Shown piece after piece: positions 14,374 to 23,545 of a DNA stretch of 26,557 nucleotides. Made by a program: the position numbers and the translations under genes. Origin of the DNA: a virus (Duplodnaviria; Caudoviricetes); the IMG/VR virus record IMGVR_UViG_3300022206_000007, positions 1-26,557 of that record. One strand, written 5' to 3'. The number at the start of each line of letters is the position of its first letter. The first letter of the stretch is position 1. Below the pieces are notes generated by a model. The model did not search any database. It worked only from the letters and a program-made list of their open reading frames with translations, and was not told where the DNA came from.

Positions 14374-17300
14374 TCAGAGCTCCTTTTTCTCCTGGCCGGA
14401 GAAGTAGTTGAGGTACTGAGCGCCGGCACCACCCGTCAGGGTCACGGCACCGCCACCGGAAACATACACGTATGGTCTGATATTGTCACCTGTAGCGAGA
14501 CCGATATTGGCATAACCGAGACTCACCTCCCCGGAGATCGTGCCAGCAGAGTCGTTCCGCAGCGTCTCGCTGGCCACCAACGTACCTGTTGCCGGGGTAC
14601 CGTTGCGCCAGAGACCGAGCTGGATCTGCTGGCCAGTGGCCAGGCCCGAGAACGTGATCTTGAATCTGAAATCCCAGAGCCCGTTGCGCCACGCGGTGAA
14701 GTAGCGGTTGACCGAGTAGTCGTAACTCGAGCCGTAGTTGATCGACGATCCGTATGCATCGACGGGAGCCAGGGTGAACGCCGGCGCCGTCCACGCCGCG
14801 GACGCCATGGTCGACGTGGCCTGTCCATATGCGTAGAATGCATCTGCCGTGCGCTGCATGCGGATGTAGTCCCAGTATGCATTTGTCGCGCCCGACGCGC
14901 TCTTGGTTGTCAAGGCGAACACTCGTGCCCAGCGTGAACCGGATGGAGCTTTGCCGATTCTTTGCATGTACTCGAAGCCGGCGGGCGAGGCGGCGCCCTT
15001 CCCGTCACTAATGAACCCGATCAACGTAGACTTGTCCTCGGCGTAGAATTGCACCTCTACACTCACCTGACAGTTCGCGATCGCGCGATATGCGGCAGCC
15101 TGCACGACGTACAGATGATCCTCCGTCACAGGGAACAGGTCGGCTGAGACTATCCCTGGGATTGCCGCGATGCCGTCGTTGACCCACATCTCCAGAGCCA
15201 CGTCTCCGGTGAGGAGATTCGCCGGGGTGGTGTCGTAGTAGGTGCCGTTGTTGGTGCTGTCGTCGGCCTCCCAGTTGTCGGTCTCTGTATGCTGCAGCTC
15301 GAACGGTGGAGACGCGTTGCGCGTGATGGTACCCACTAGCCACTTGTCCGGTGGGTACACTGTCTGATCATCGAGAGGGGGCGACCACGAGGTGAACTCC
15401 CCGTTCGGCACGATGCTTGACATCTCGCTGATCGTCGAGACCTTCGCAGGCGAGATGCAGCTTGCGGCCACGATAGCAGGCACGATCCCTTGTCGGTACA
15501 CTCTGAGGTCCACAGTACTCGTCACTCCTGAGCCGTCTGTGATGACTTTCCACAGCCACGCCTCGCGACCCTCGGGGCTTGGCTGCGACCCTGACTCCCT
15601 GACCACGAGCTGCTGAGCCCCTACGTCAAACGTGATCCAGCTCGTGACACTCGCAGTCATAGTCAGCGTAGCATCGATCGGCAGCTCCGCAATACTTTCG
15701 CCGTTGACCGCGAACCCGGACCCGACGGTCACATCCAGGCCGGAGTCGGACAGACCGAAACCCGAGTAGATGGTCGAGACGGCAAACACGTCCAGGTCGA
15801 TGGCCAACATCCGTCGTATCTGCTGGGCGAGGGAGCGACGGCCCTCAACCGCGTACGTGGCCGCGAACGCGGTGTGTGCCGCGTTGGCGGCGAGCGCCAG
15901 CGTCCACCGGATGTGAGGCTCTGGCCCGCTGATATCAGGGTGCTTGCCTACCACCTCCCATTTGATGGCGCTCGTCAACGACGAGATCTTGTACCCGGTG
16001 TAGTACCCAGCGTCCATCTCGAGCCCGACGATATCACCGTACTGATACGCGTACTTGTGGAGTTTGGTCTTGACCTCGAGGATGGTCACCCCGTAACGCC
16101 ACCGACGAGCCCGCATGAGCGCAGCGGAGATGAGAGGAGTGACGTCGTAGGCCTGCTTGTACCCTGGATGATTGACGCTGCTCGTACCGAACGCTCCGCG
16201 CGACAGCACCCGGATGGTTGCGGCGCCGTAGCCTGCTGGCCGATCCTGCTTTGACGTGCCACCCCAGCCTGACGTCGGGTCGTAGCTGTGGACGTACGTC
16301 CTCGTCGAAGTACTCAGGTTGAGTTGGTCGCACGCCACGATCTCTTGATCGATCAACAGGTACAATGGTCGAGAGGCAGACACTTGCGTAGCGGCAGGAT
16401 GTGACCCGGCAGGGTATCCGGGCCACCGTGCGCCAGAGAGGTAGGCCACGCCGGGTCCATTGAGTGGATGCGTGGCGGCGGGGGCCGCATTGAAATCAGA
16501 CAACCATGCGTACCCGGTCGACCATTCGCTCTTGGTCTCCTTGGCGAACGTTAGGCCGGGGGACGCCGTCCCGCTTGCGTGAACGAACGCCGCTTGGCTG
16601 GCCGTCTCGTCGACGACAAACGAGACCTGCGCCTCCTCGTCATCCGCCGACTGCCGGCCTACGATCTTGTTTCGGACGAAGTGACCGCGCGCGAGTACGC
16701 TGTTGACCACATCACCCAGGGCTGTCTTGGGCGTGATTGGCCTCTCGCCGGCCATGTCGTCCTCGGTCCACACATCAACCGGAGACCCTGGCCCGGCCTC
16801 CGGGTAGTGCACGTACTCGATCGTGCCGTCCTCCTGGACGGCGAACATGCCGCCGAGGTGACGAGCCATGGAGTCCAGGATTGCCTTGGCTTTGACGGGC
16901 GATGTGATGGAGTGATCTTCGCCAGCCTCCAGCGCTGTCGACTCGCGGTCAACCACCCAGTGTTCGATACCGACGTGCGTCGTCGGGTCCATCGACGTCG
17001 CGTTGATCAGGTCCGAGGGGACGCCGACCTGCAAGGCCACGGCCTCGGCCATCTCGAGCGGATGGATGTTGCCCCATGAGCCGGTAATGTCGCTGTCCAG
17101 GTACTGCGTGATCGACTTGCACGGTAGCCGGTATTGGTTCTCTGTCGAGATCACATCGGTGATCGTGCCGATAAACAGCGGCTCGAAGTCGCCCTCGCCA
17201 AGGACGTCGAAGCCAAGCCTGACCTCGACGCGCGTACCCTTGAGCGGGTTGTTGCTTACGAGATCGTCCGTGCTGTCGTCCGACCGCAGCGTCACGCTGA

Positions 17301-17511
17301 CGTTGTCAATCGACGTCTCACGAGTCCACGGGTCCACCGAGCGACCGGCCTGCGAGACGCTGAGCACGCTGACCGGGTAGTCAGTCTGGCATAGTCCGTC
17401 CAGGTATCGACTCGATACCCCGGTCGCCGTCCAGATGCGCACGAGCAGACGCGGGGCGTTTGTCCCGGCGGCCGCAGCGGCGAGCCAGTTGGCGTTGAGG
17501 GTCATCGTCAC
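14374..17511 (-). CDS. Large tail-tip / host-specificity protein with CBM-like and C1q-like C-terminal domains
   Basis: Position after the tape measure and distal tail genes; hub-like N-terminus (RVEVRLGF......PLFIGTI); IVPNGEF...APSG.RWARV CBM-like domain; AFYAY...FTA...G.W.F...L..GD.I..YV...FSG C1q-like end. Confidence 0.8.
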   Translation of the reverse strand: MTMTLNANWLAAAAAGTNAPRLLVRIWTATGVSSRYLDGLCQTDYPVSVLSVSQAGRSVDPWTRETSIDNVSVTLRSDDSTDDLVSNNPLKGTRVEVRLGFDVLGEGDFEPLFIGTITDVISTENQYRLPCKSITQYLDSDITGSWGNIHPLEMAEAVALQVGVPSDLINATSMDPTTHVGIEHWVVDRESTALEAGEDHSITSPVKAKAILDSMARHLGGMFAVQEDGTIEYVHYPEAGPGSPVDVWTEDDMAGERPITPKTALGDVVNSVLARGHFVRNKIVGRQSADDEEAQVSFVVDETASQAAFVHASGTASPGLTFAKETKSEWSTGYAWLSDFNAAPAATHPLNGPGVAYLSGARWPGYPAGSHPAATQVSASRPLYLLIDQEIVACDQLNLSTSTRTYVHSYDPTSGWGGTSKQDRPAGYGAATIRVLSRGAFGTSSVNHPGYKQAYDVTPLISAALMRARRWRYGVTILEVKTKLHKYAYQYGDIVGLEMDAGYYTGYKISSLTSAIKWEVVGKHPDISGPEPHIRWTLALAANAAHTAFAATYAVEGRRSLAQQIRRMLAIDLDVFAVSTIYSGFGLSDSGLDVTVGSGFAVNGESIAELPIDATLTMTASVTSWITFDVGAQQLVVRESGSQPSPEGREAWLWKVITDGSGVTSTVDLRVYRQGIVPAIVAASCISPAKVSTISEMSSIVPNGEFTSWSPPLDDQTVYPPDKWLVGTITRNASPPFELQHTETDNWEADDSTNNGTYYDTTPANLLTGDVALEMWVNDGIAAIPGIVSADLFPVTEDHLYVVQAAAYRAIANCQVSVEVQFYAEDKSTLIGFISDGKGAASPAGFEYMQRIGKAPSGSRWARVFALTTKSASGATNAYWDYIRMQRTADAFYAYGQATSTMASAAWTAPAFTLAPVDAYGSSINYGSSYDYSVNRYFTAWRNGLWDFRFKITFSGLATGQQIQLGLWRNGTPATGTLVASETLRNDSAGTISGEVSLGYANIGLATGDNIRPYVYVSGGGAVTLTGGAGAQYLNYFSGQEKKEL

Positions 17512-18410
17512 GGGTCGAGCTCCACGTAGTGCGGGCCTTGCTCAGAGGCTTGGATCGGGATCTCTCTTTGGTACGGCCCGAGGTACATGCTCGTGCGCTC
17601 GAGCATGTCCCAGCGCATGAGAGCCGCGCGCTCGGGCGCGGTCGTGGGTTGGTCGATCCAAACAAACGGGTACGTGCCGTAGTCGGTGTCGGCCTCCCAG
17701 AGAGCCAGCAGGTCGTCGACACGGTCCGTCTCGTGCGGCCTCATGGTGGCACGGAGGATGCGCTCGCCCTTACTTCGCACGTGCACTGTCTTGATCCCGC
17801 TCGGTGATGCGGTGACGGCGGCTCGAGTGCGCAGGTGGTTCGTGTCCCACGCCCCGAACGGGTTGGTTTTGAGTTGGCGACGGCGGGCGAAGATTATCTC
17901 GCCGACACTGTAAAGCTTGGGCGCGACAGCGTAGAACACTACAAACGCATACCTCACCGACGAGTAGCGGAGTGGAGTGGAGCCGGTATGCTTGAGGATC
18001 GTCCAGGCTTGACGCGTGTCGGCCGAAAGGCCATGGTACGCAATCTCCGATGAATTAACAGTATTGTTGAGATCGTCCGCCACGAACACGCGCATCGCAT
18101 ACCCGCCCACGGAAAATGCATCGTGGGCGATCACTGCTACCGAATCGAACTCGACGCCAGCGGCGCCGAAGTCGATCGCTACTCTCAGCACATTGTAGCT
18201 GCCGCTTGCCTTGGTGAGGAGATCTGTGTAGCTGTCGTGCAGTCGAGACAGTGGATAGCTGGCATCGACACGTGGCGACCCGCCGGTCACCCCGTCTATC
18301 CACACGATAGACGACGCGTCGCGTAGCAGATTCTGCCCCATCACCAACGGCTTATCCGCGGCCATCCATGCAATCTCGTCAGCCGACAACGCTGCGCTCG
18401 ACCATGCCAC
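17508..18410 (-). CDS. Minor tail protein (distal-tail-like)
   Basis: Lies between tape measure and tail tip; beta-rich; GTGA-coupled to the next gene. Confidence 0.6.
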   Translation of the reverse strand: MAWSSAALSADEIAWMAADKPLVMGQNLLRDASSIVWIDGVTGGSPRVDASYPLSRLHDSYTDLLTKASGSYNVLRVAIDFGAAGVEFDSVAVIAHDAFSVGGYAMRVFVADDLNNTVNSSEIAYHGLSADTRQAWTILKHTGSTPLRYSSVRYAFVVFYAVAPKLYSVGEIIFARRRQLKTNPFGAWDTNHLRTRAAVTASPSGIKTVHVRSKGERILRATMRPHETDRVDDLLALWEADTDYGTYPFVWIDQPTTAPERAALMRWDMLERTSMYLGPYQREIPIQASEQGPHYVELDP

Positions 18411-18412
18411 GG

Positions 18413-19957
18413 CTACACCCCCAGCCTGAGCTGACCGTCACGGATTGCTGCCTCGAGGTACGGCGCGATCTGCAGCGCCGCACGTTGTCCCATCTCGGCG
18501 TCGGGCACGAGCGCTTGCTGCGTCACGCTGACGTTGAGCGTCATCGGAGCGGCCGCCTCTCCTCGCCTATCGCGCGCGGCGTCCCGTCGCGACTGCGTCG
18601 GAGTGCGCACTGTCTCACCTGGCATTGCGATGATCGGCACTGTATCACGTCCAGGCACACCGCCTTTGACCTCGCCACCGAGAGCCATCTTCTGCAGGAA
18701 GCTCTGTCCGATGCCGAGTGCGGCAGATGCTGCCGCAACGCCTAGCGCCACGCCAACAATAGGGATCCCGGCAGGGCCTTTGAACGCCGCGGCAGCGGCC
18801 TCTGCCGCGTAGGCCATGATGATCTGGCGCACGACCGCGATGGTCGATCCGAGGATGGATTTGAGCACCGCCTTGTTCACGTCGTCAAAGCTCTTCGACT
18901 CGGCTATCGCGGCGCCGAATGCCGCGCCGAACGACTCGGAGATGCTGACTGCTGTGGACGCGTAAGACTCCGCGGTCTTCTTTGCGAGCGCCTCCTCCTC
19001 GGCAGCCAGTGCTAGGGCATCCTGCCGACGCTTGAGATAGCTTGCCGCGCGTAGTCTGTCTATCGCCTCGGCTCTGCTCACCTCACCCTGGAGTAGCGTC
19101 CTGCCGGCTTCAGTGTCGGCCTCGACGGCGGCGCGGGCGAGCCTCGTGGCGGTATGGGCCACGTCATGCAGGCCGGCGACGGCAGTCTCGGTCGACGCCT
19201 TGATGCCATCAATCGCACCCTGCAGCTCAAACATCGCATCGACTGCATCGTCTCCGCTCTGCTGGGCTGACCGACCCATGACCACGAGGGCTCCTTGGGC
19301 GTCGTAGATCTTGGTCGTCAGGCCGCCTATCCCGATTGCATCGGACACCTTGGCGATGCTGCCGAGCAGGCTGTGTAGTCCGAGGATTGCGGCTTTGACG
19401 ACACCGGACCAGATCTGGCGCAGGGCCAGCCATGACATTTGGATCCCGACGATACCTTGCCGGATCAAACCAATGCCCCGCACGACGTACCCTAGCATCG
19501 TGGCGAGTGGCTGTATCTGATCGATGATGCCCATTGCGATCAGCTCGCGATTGGCTGCAATCCAGCCGTCGGTAGACCCAGTAGTCTCGTCGATGGCGTC
19601 CGACAACCCCTTGAGCACCGGCAGCCAGATGTCGCCGATGCGCGCTGAGATCAGCTTGATGGACTTGCCTTGCTCTTTGTACCACTCCGTCATCGGGTCG
19701 GTGGCTCTGCGAAATTCCAGGGCCGTCTCGACGTGCGCCACGGATAGGCGGCGCATGGCATCAGAGGCCGCGCTGATTATCCCGGTGATTTGGCCCCACC
19801 TGGCAGCCATCGACTCGAGACTAAGGGCGGTGTTCGATACCTTCCGACCTACGCCGGCGATCGCCTTGCTCGCACCCAGCGCCCCCTTGGCGACGGAGGA
19901 AAACGCCTTGCCCGTCATGTCCTTGGCGACAAGCCAGATGCCTACTTTTTCTGCCAT
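18413..19957 (-). CDS. Tail tape measure protein (514 aa)
   Basis: Ala/Gly-rich helical sequence, AKDMTG.AF N-terminus, hydrophobic segments, MALGGEV.G...G.DTVP....PGE.V motif. Confidence 0.88.
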   Translation of the reverse strand: MAEKVGIWLVAKDMTGKAFSSVAKGALGASKAIAGVGRKVSNTALSLESMAARWGQITGIISAASDAMRRLSVAHVETALEFRRATDPMTEWYKEQGKSIKLISARIGDIWLPVLKGLSDAIDETTGSTDGWIAANRELIAMGIIDQIQPLATMLGYVVRGIGLIRQGIVGIQMSWLALRQIWSGVVKAAILGLHSLLGSIAKVSDAIGIGGLTTKIYDAQGALVVMGRSAQQSGDDAVDAMFELQGAIDGIKASTETAVAGLHDVAHTATRLARAAVEADTEAGRTLLQGEVSRAEAIDRLRAASYLKRRQDALALAAEEEALAKKTAESYASTAVSISESFGAAFGAAIAESKSFDDVNKAVLKSILGSTIAVVRQIIMAYAAEAAAAAFKGPAGIPIVGVALGVAAASAALGIGQSFLQKMALGGEVKGGVPGRDTVPIIAMPGETVRTPTQSRRDAARDRRGEAAAPMTLNVSVTQQALVPDAEMGQRAALQIAPYLEAAIRDGQLRLGV

Positions 19958-20337
19958 CGTTCGGCCTCCTTGACATCTCTCTCAGCCATCGCTTGCCGGT
20001 GCTCGCTCTCGCAGAGCTTGATGCCCTGCGCCACGTAGGCGGGCCACGCGTCGACCTCCGAGCCAAAAGGAGGGACCGACCGCAGCACTCGCCAGTCCTC
20101 CCACTGCGTCAGCACCTCGTGGACGTCCGGCGTCATTTGCGACCACGGGCATCTCAGCAGCTCCGGAGCCCACGCATAGCCGATGCACTGGTTGGTCACG
20201 CGGCGACAGTTGCGTATCCTCCGTAGGTCCTTCGGACACGGTAGCCGTCCTCCTGTCCGCTGGCCGCAGCGAGAGTTACCCCACGCCAAGGATGGGTCAC
20301 CCGACGTCAGGAACCGGATGGCCCAGCGAACTTTTTT
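19942..20337 (-). CDS. -1 frameshift extension of the tail assembly chaperone (gpT-like)
   Basis: The -1 frame is open from the slippery site (KKVRWAIRF...) to the stop at 19942, just inside the tape measure start. Confidence 0.75.
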   Translation of the reverse strand, partial: KKVRWAIRFLTSGDPSLAWGNSRCGQRTGGRLPCPKDLRRIRNCRRVTNQCIGYAWAPELLRCPWSQMTPDVHEVLTQWEDWRVLRSVPPFGSEVDAWPAYVAQGIKLCESEHRQAMAERDVKEAERWQKK

Positions 20338-20693
20338 TCGAGCCCCTCCTCGAGCACGGACTTGTGCGCGATGGCGTTGAACACGTCGAGGATCAAGTCC
20401 TCGGTGCCGTGCTCCGCCAGCTCCGCCCCGGTCTCGATAGCGCGCTCGATGTAGCACTGCTCGATCTTGCGCACGCGCTGCGTCAGCACCCCGGCCATGA
20501 CCTCCCGCACGTCCTCGTCGTTGTGCTTCTTTCGCATCAACACCCGCGCGTTGGCGGTCTGGAACTTCCGCAGCTCGGCGACGGTCATCGGCCGAATCTC
20601 GCAGACGCACATCTCTCCCGGGCGATTGGCCCGGTTGTCGTGCGCCTTGGGCACGTAGCGCTCCCACTCGTCGTGGTCGAAATGGATTCCCAC
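20307..20693 (-). CDS. Tail assembly chaperone (gpG-like)
   Basis: Between tail tube and tape measure; GAGGT SD with GTG start; slippery site at the 3' end. Confidence 0.8.
   Translation of the reverse strand: MGIHFDHDEWERYVPKAHDNRANRPGEMCVCEIRPMTVAELRKFQTANARVLMRKKHNDEDVREVMAGVLTQRVRKIEQCYIERAIETGAELAEHGTEDLILDVFNAIAHKSVLEEGLEKKFAGPSGS
20331..20337 (-). other. Programmed -1 frameshift slippery site A-AAA-AAG
   Basis: GAA AAA AAG in the chaperone frame, a few codons before its stop. Confidence 0.8.
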
Positions 20694-20704
20694 GGCAACC
20701 TCTC

Positions 20705-21850
20705 TCAGGTGAAGGTGATAGTGAGCTCGTCCTCGGCAGCCTCGGCGGAGGAGAGCGCGCGGAACGGCAGGGTGAATACCACGTCGCCGTCGCCCGCTGG
20801 CACCTCAACCCCCGAGTAATCGATCTCGATCTGAGGCAGGCTCACCGTGCAGATGCGCCCAGCGATGGAGCCGAGTACGACGGTGACAGCCACCGTGTCG
20901 TAGGACCGGCGATTGACGAGGTGCTGCACGAAGTCCTTGCGCATCCGCACCGTGATCTGTCCGCCGACCTCGCGATACCCTGGCACGACGTCGCTCGGGT
21001 ACTCTTCGAGCGCCTCATCTTCGTGCCCGCGGAAGTTGTTCTTGACCGACAACTCCATCCCCGTCATCTTGACCGAGTCGCTGTCGTACGTGATTGTTCC
21101 GGAGATGCCGGCGACCGGTGAGCCTGCCGTGGTCTCGGCTGGCGAGTACGGGATGACAGGGTCCTCATCGCTCTCGGTGACCGATGCGTCGACCGTGAAG
21201 CTCGGACGGCTCGTGTCGACAGTGACCGCGACGTTGGCGGTCGACCCGATTTGCACGAGTGAATTCACTGAGAATGCATTCTCGTCGACGGTCTCGGCTA
21301 CCATCGTCGTCGACGCGACCATGTCGCCGTTGAGCGTCGACGTCCCGGTCGAAACAAAGCCCATGGCCTGGCCGGCGAATTTGAACTTTGGCCGGTCGCC
21401 GCCCTGGATCGAGAGCGTCAGTTCATCGACCCAGGCACCCCACACGCTTTCCGAGTACACGTCATTGAGGTGGCGAAGCAGAGTCAGCGTGTCGATCGTC
21501 TGCACGTTGGCGAGCGAGTACACGTCGCTCGTCGACGGCGTGTTGGCGTACGCTCCCATCGCGGCCTTGAGTAGCGCGTGCACGTCCGGTGGCGTCCCCG
21601 CCGCGCCGGACGGGATGACATACGACTCGACCGACCACGGCACCGTAGCTCGCCCCTGGATGCGCTCCAGGAGAGACCGGGTCTGCCTGCTGTCCTCGCG
21701 GTCGTGGCGCTCCCGCTCGGCCCCCATGTCGACTTTGAGCACCTTGGCGGCGTCGGCGCCGGTGATTTTCTTCCAAGTGCCCGCCGTGTCCTCGGTGGTC
21801 GCGAAGAACTTGAGTAAGCGTGACAGCGCGTGCGGTTGTGCTACTCCCAT
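20705..21850 (-). CDS. Major tail tube protein
   Basis: Position; E...GT N-terminus, LLKAAMG, G..V..L.L, L.V.NN, G.REV.G.I and ELTITFT C-terminus. Confidence 0.85.
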   Translation of the reverse strand: MGVAQPHALSRLLKFFATTEDTAGTWKKITGADAAKVLKVDMGAERERHDREDSRQTRSLLERIQGRATVPWSVESYVIPSGAAGTPPDVHALLKAAMGAYANTPSTSDVYSLANVQTIDTLTLLRHLNDVYSESVWGAWVDELTLSIQGGDRPKFKFAGQAMGFVSTGTSTLNGDMVASTTMVAETVDENAFSVNSLVQIGSTANVAVTVDTSRPSFTVDASVTESDEDPVIPYSPAETTAGSPVAGISGTITYDSDSVKMTGMELSVKNNFRGHEDEALEEYPSDVVPGYREVGGQITVRMRKDFVQHLVNRRSYDTVAVTVVLGSIAGRICTVSLPQIEIDYSGVEVPAGDGDVVFTLPFRALSSAEAAEDELTITFT

Positions 21851-22020
21851 GGTCTCGTCTCCTCATCGTCCGTGCCCGAGTCATGCGCGCGGACGAAGTC
21901 AGGGTGTGTGCAGAGATCGTCCGAATCGTCCCTGACGACGTCTCCAGGGCGCAGATGGAGCAGCCTACCAAGCAGCTCTAGCTGCGCCCTATCGTCTCCT
22001 ATGTATTTGTACCGTGCCAT
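21841..22020 (-). CDS. Small virion-module protein (59 aa, MARYKYIGDD...)
   Basis: TGATG coupling; KYIG...L.PGDVV pattern often seen before tail tube genes. Confidence 0.6.
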   Translation of the reverse strand: MARYKYIGDDRAQLELLGRLLHLRPGDVVRDDSDDLCTHPDFVRAHDSGTDDEETRPWE

Positions 22021-22481
22021 CAGCTCGCCTCTGTCGTGCGCTGCCAGTGCACCGCGAATTCGACTGTGAACTCCGCGATTAGAGCATGGTTCGCGGATGC
22101 CTCTGGCTCTCCGAGAGAGTCCGCCGATTGCCTCAGCTTGACGTCGATGCCCTCGGCGTTCCACGTGTAGTCCGTGTATACCGCTGCGATCACGTCGTCA
22201 ATGAGCGCCTCGACGGCGGCTACTCTGGCCGCCGGCGTGTCGGCCTCGATATGCCCCACAATGTAAACGAGGCACTCGCAGTACACCTCGTCGCCGTGCT
22301 CATGCTTGTAGGTCACCGCCCCCTTGTGCAAGCCAATGGTTGGGCGCTGCGTGACCTCCTGAGACACACGCGAGTGGTACGTCGTCTCGGCCACGTCGGT
22401 CTTGTACCCGTTGGCAATCGAGATCGTGCCGAGTCGCGCGTAGAACGCGTCGAGGATTGTGTTGATGCGAGGGGTGCCCAT
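22020..22481 (-). CDS. Tail terminator-like protein
   Basis: R..IL.A...RL.TI..ANGY.TD...LIDDV.AA pattern; position. Confidence 0.75.
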   Translation of the reverse strand: MGTPRINTILDAFYARLGTISIANGYKTDVAETTYHSRVSQEVTQRPTIGLHKGAVTYKHEHGDEVYCECLVYIVGHIEADTPAARVAAVEALIDDVIAAVYTDYTWNAEGIDVKLRQSADSLGEPEASANHALIAEFTVEFAVHWQRTTEAS

Positions 22482-23095
22482 TACTTACTCGTCTCCTCGC
22501 GCCAGGCCTTGGCAATGATGCGGTCGACCGGCTCGGCGACCTTGGCGGCCACGGCCTCCAAGTAGTGCTTCGGCTTGATGCGGACCGAGCGCAGCAGCAC
22601 GTACATCGGCTTGATGCTCTTGACCCAAGTGCGGTAGATGCGGTTCTTCCCACGTCGCGCCACGATCTTGCGGGCTTCGAGCTCCTTGACAAGGAGTGCC
22701 GGGCGACCCCTTCGGGGCACGAGCTTGAGTTCGCCGCGCCCGAAATGTCTGGGCCACTTGCCCTTGGCGATGCCGGCGCCCTTGATTGGTATGGCGAGAG
22801 CCTTGCGGGTGCGTGGCCGTATGATGCCGCCGTAGTTTTGGATCCCGGCGTAGATCTCAGCGGAGCCGATCGACCGCGCCCACGCGGAGTACGTGCCCTC
22901 GCGAACCTCAATCGGCTCAGCACGAAACGACCGCGAGAGGGCGCCCGGTCCAGCTCCAGAGTTGATCAGATGCTCGGCGATCTCGGCCGCCGTGTACGCC
23001 GCGCCCTTGATGACACCTCGGGTGAGCGCTCGCTTGGATGCGTCGGTCCACCCCTTGAGGATGCTGGACACCTGAGTCTCGAGTGGCTTAGTCAT
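22481..23095 (-). CDS. Neck/tail-completion protein (HK97 gp10-like / virion morphogenesis)
   Basis: Start re-assigned to 23095; G.L.RS, YAGIQNYGGIIRP...KALAIP, SV.IKP.HYL. Confidence 0.8.
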   Translation of the reverse strand: MTKPLETQVSSILKGWTDASKRALTRGVIKGAAYTAAEIAEHLINSGAGPGALSRSFRAEPIEVREGTYSAWARSIGSAEIYAGIQNYGGIIRPRTRKALAIPIKGAGIAKGKWPRHFGRGELKLVPRRGRPALLVKELEARKIVARRGKNRIYRTWVKSIKPMYVLLRSVRIKPKHYLEAVAAKVAEPVDRIIAKAWREETSK

Positions 23096-23489
23096 TGTTG
23101 CCGAACCGCTCCCTGGAGGACCGCGGCTGCACCGCGTCGGAGTCGCTGGTAAGCGTCTCCTTGCCGGAGACGGACGCACCCGTAAGCGTCGGAGTAGCGA
23201 GTGAATTGCTCGCCTTGGACAGCGTCTCACGCAGACGCTGGTATCGGTCGAACGCATCCTGGCTTGACGAGAGCCCGAGCGCGCTGCGCGAGTTGGGATC
23301 TCGGGCGAGCTTGGCGGCCACGGCGTCGCAGGCGAGGACGGCTGCCGAACGCCAGTTGCCGGCGACGGTGATGAGGTGCGCGATCTCCTCGTCCGACAGG
23401 AGAGCCACAACCTCCAACGTGTCGCCGATGGCGAGCCGTACCTTGGCCAAGTCGGTCGTGAGATCGGTAGGGTCGTAGGTCCAGGACAT
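23088..23489 (-). CDS. Head-tail adaptor
   Basis: Start re-assigned to 23489; MSWTYDP.......VRL.IGDT.....LLSDEEI..L signature. Confidence 0.85.
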   Translation of the reverse strand: MSWTYDPTDLTTDLAKVRLAIGDTLEVVALLSDEEIAHLITVAGNWRSAAVLACDAVAAKLARDPNSRSALGLSSSQDAFDRYQRLRETLSKASNSLATPTLTGASVSGKETLTSDSDAVQPRSSRERFGNND

Positions 23490-23499
23490 GCGTGCCTCG

Positions 23500-23528
23500 G
23501 AGGCGTGCGCCCCGATGGCACACGCCTC
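23500..23528 (-). terminator. GC-rich hairpin after the capsid gene (attenuator/stabiliser; no U tract)
   Basis: GAGGCGUGUGCC-AUCGG-GGCGCACGCCUC, a 12-bp stem with one G-U on the - strand. Confidence 0.45.
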
Positions 23529-23545
23529 GCTCGGATTGGCGGAGG

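Noticed and set aside
12633-17511. Diversity-generating retroelement target
   Set aside because: No reverse transcriptase, and no adenine-specific TR/VR repeat pair seen
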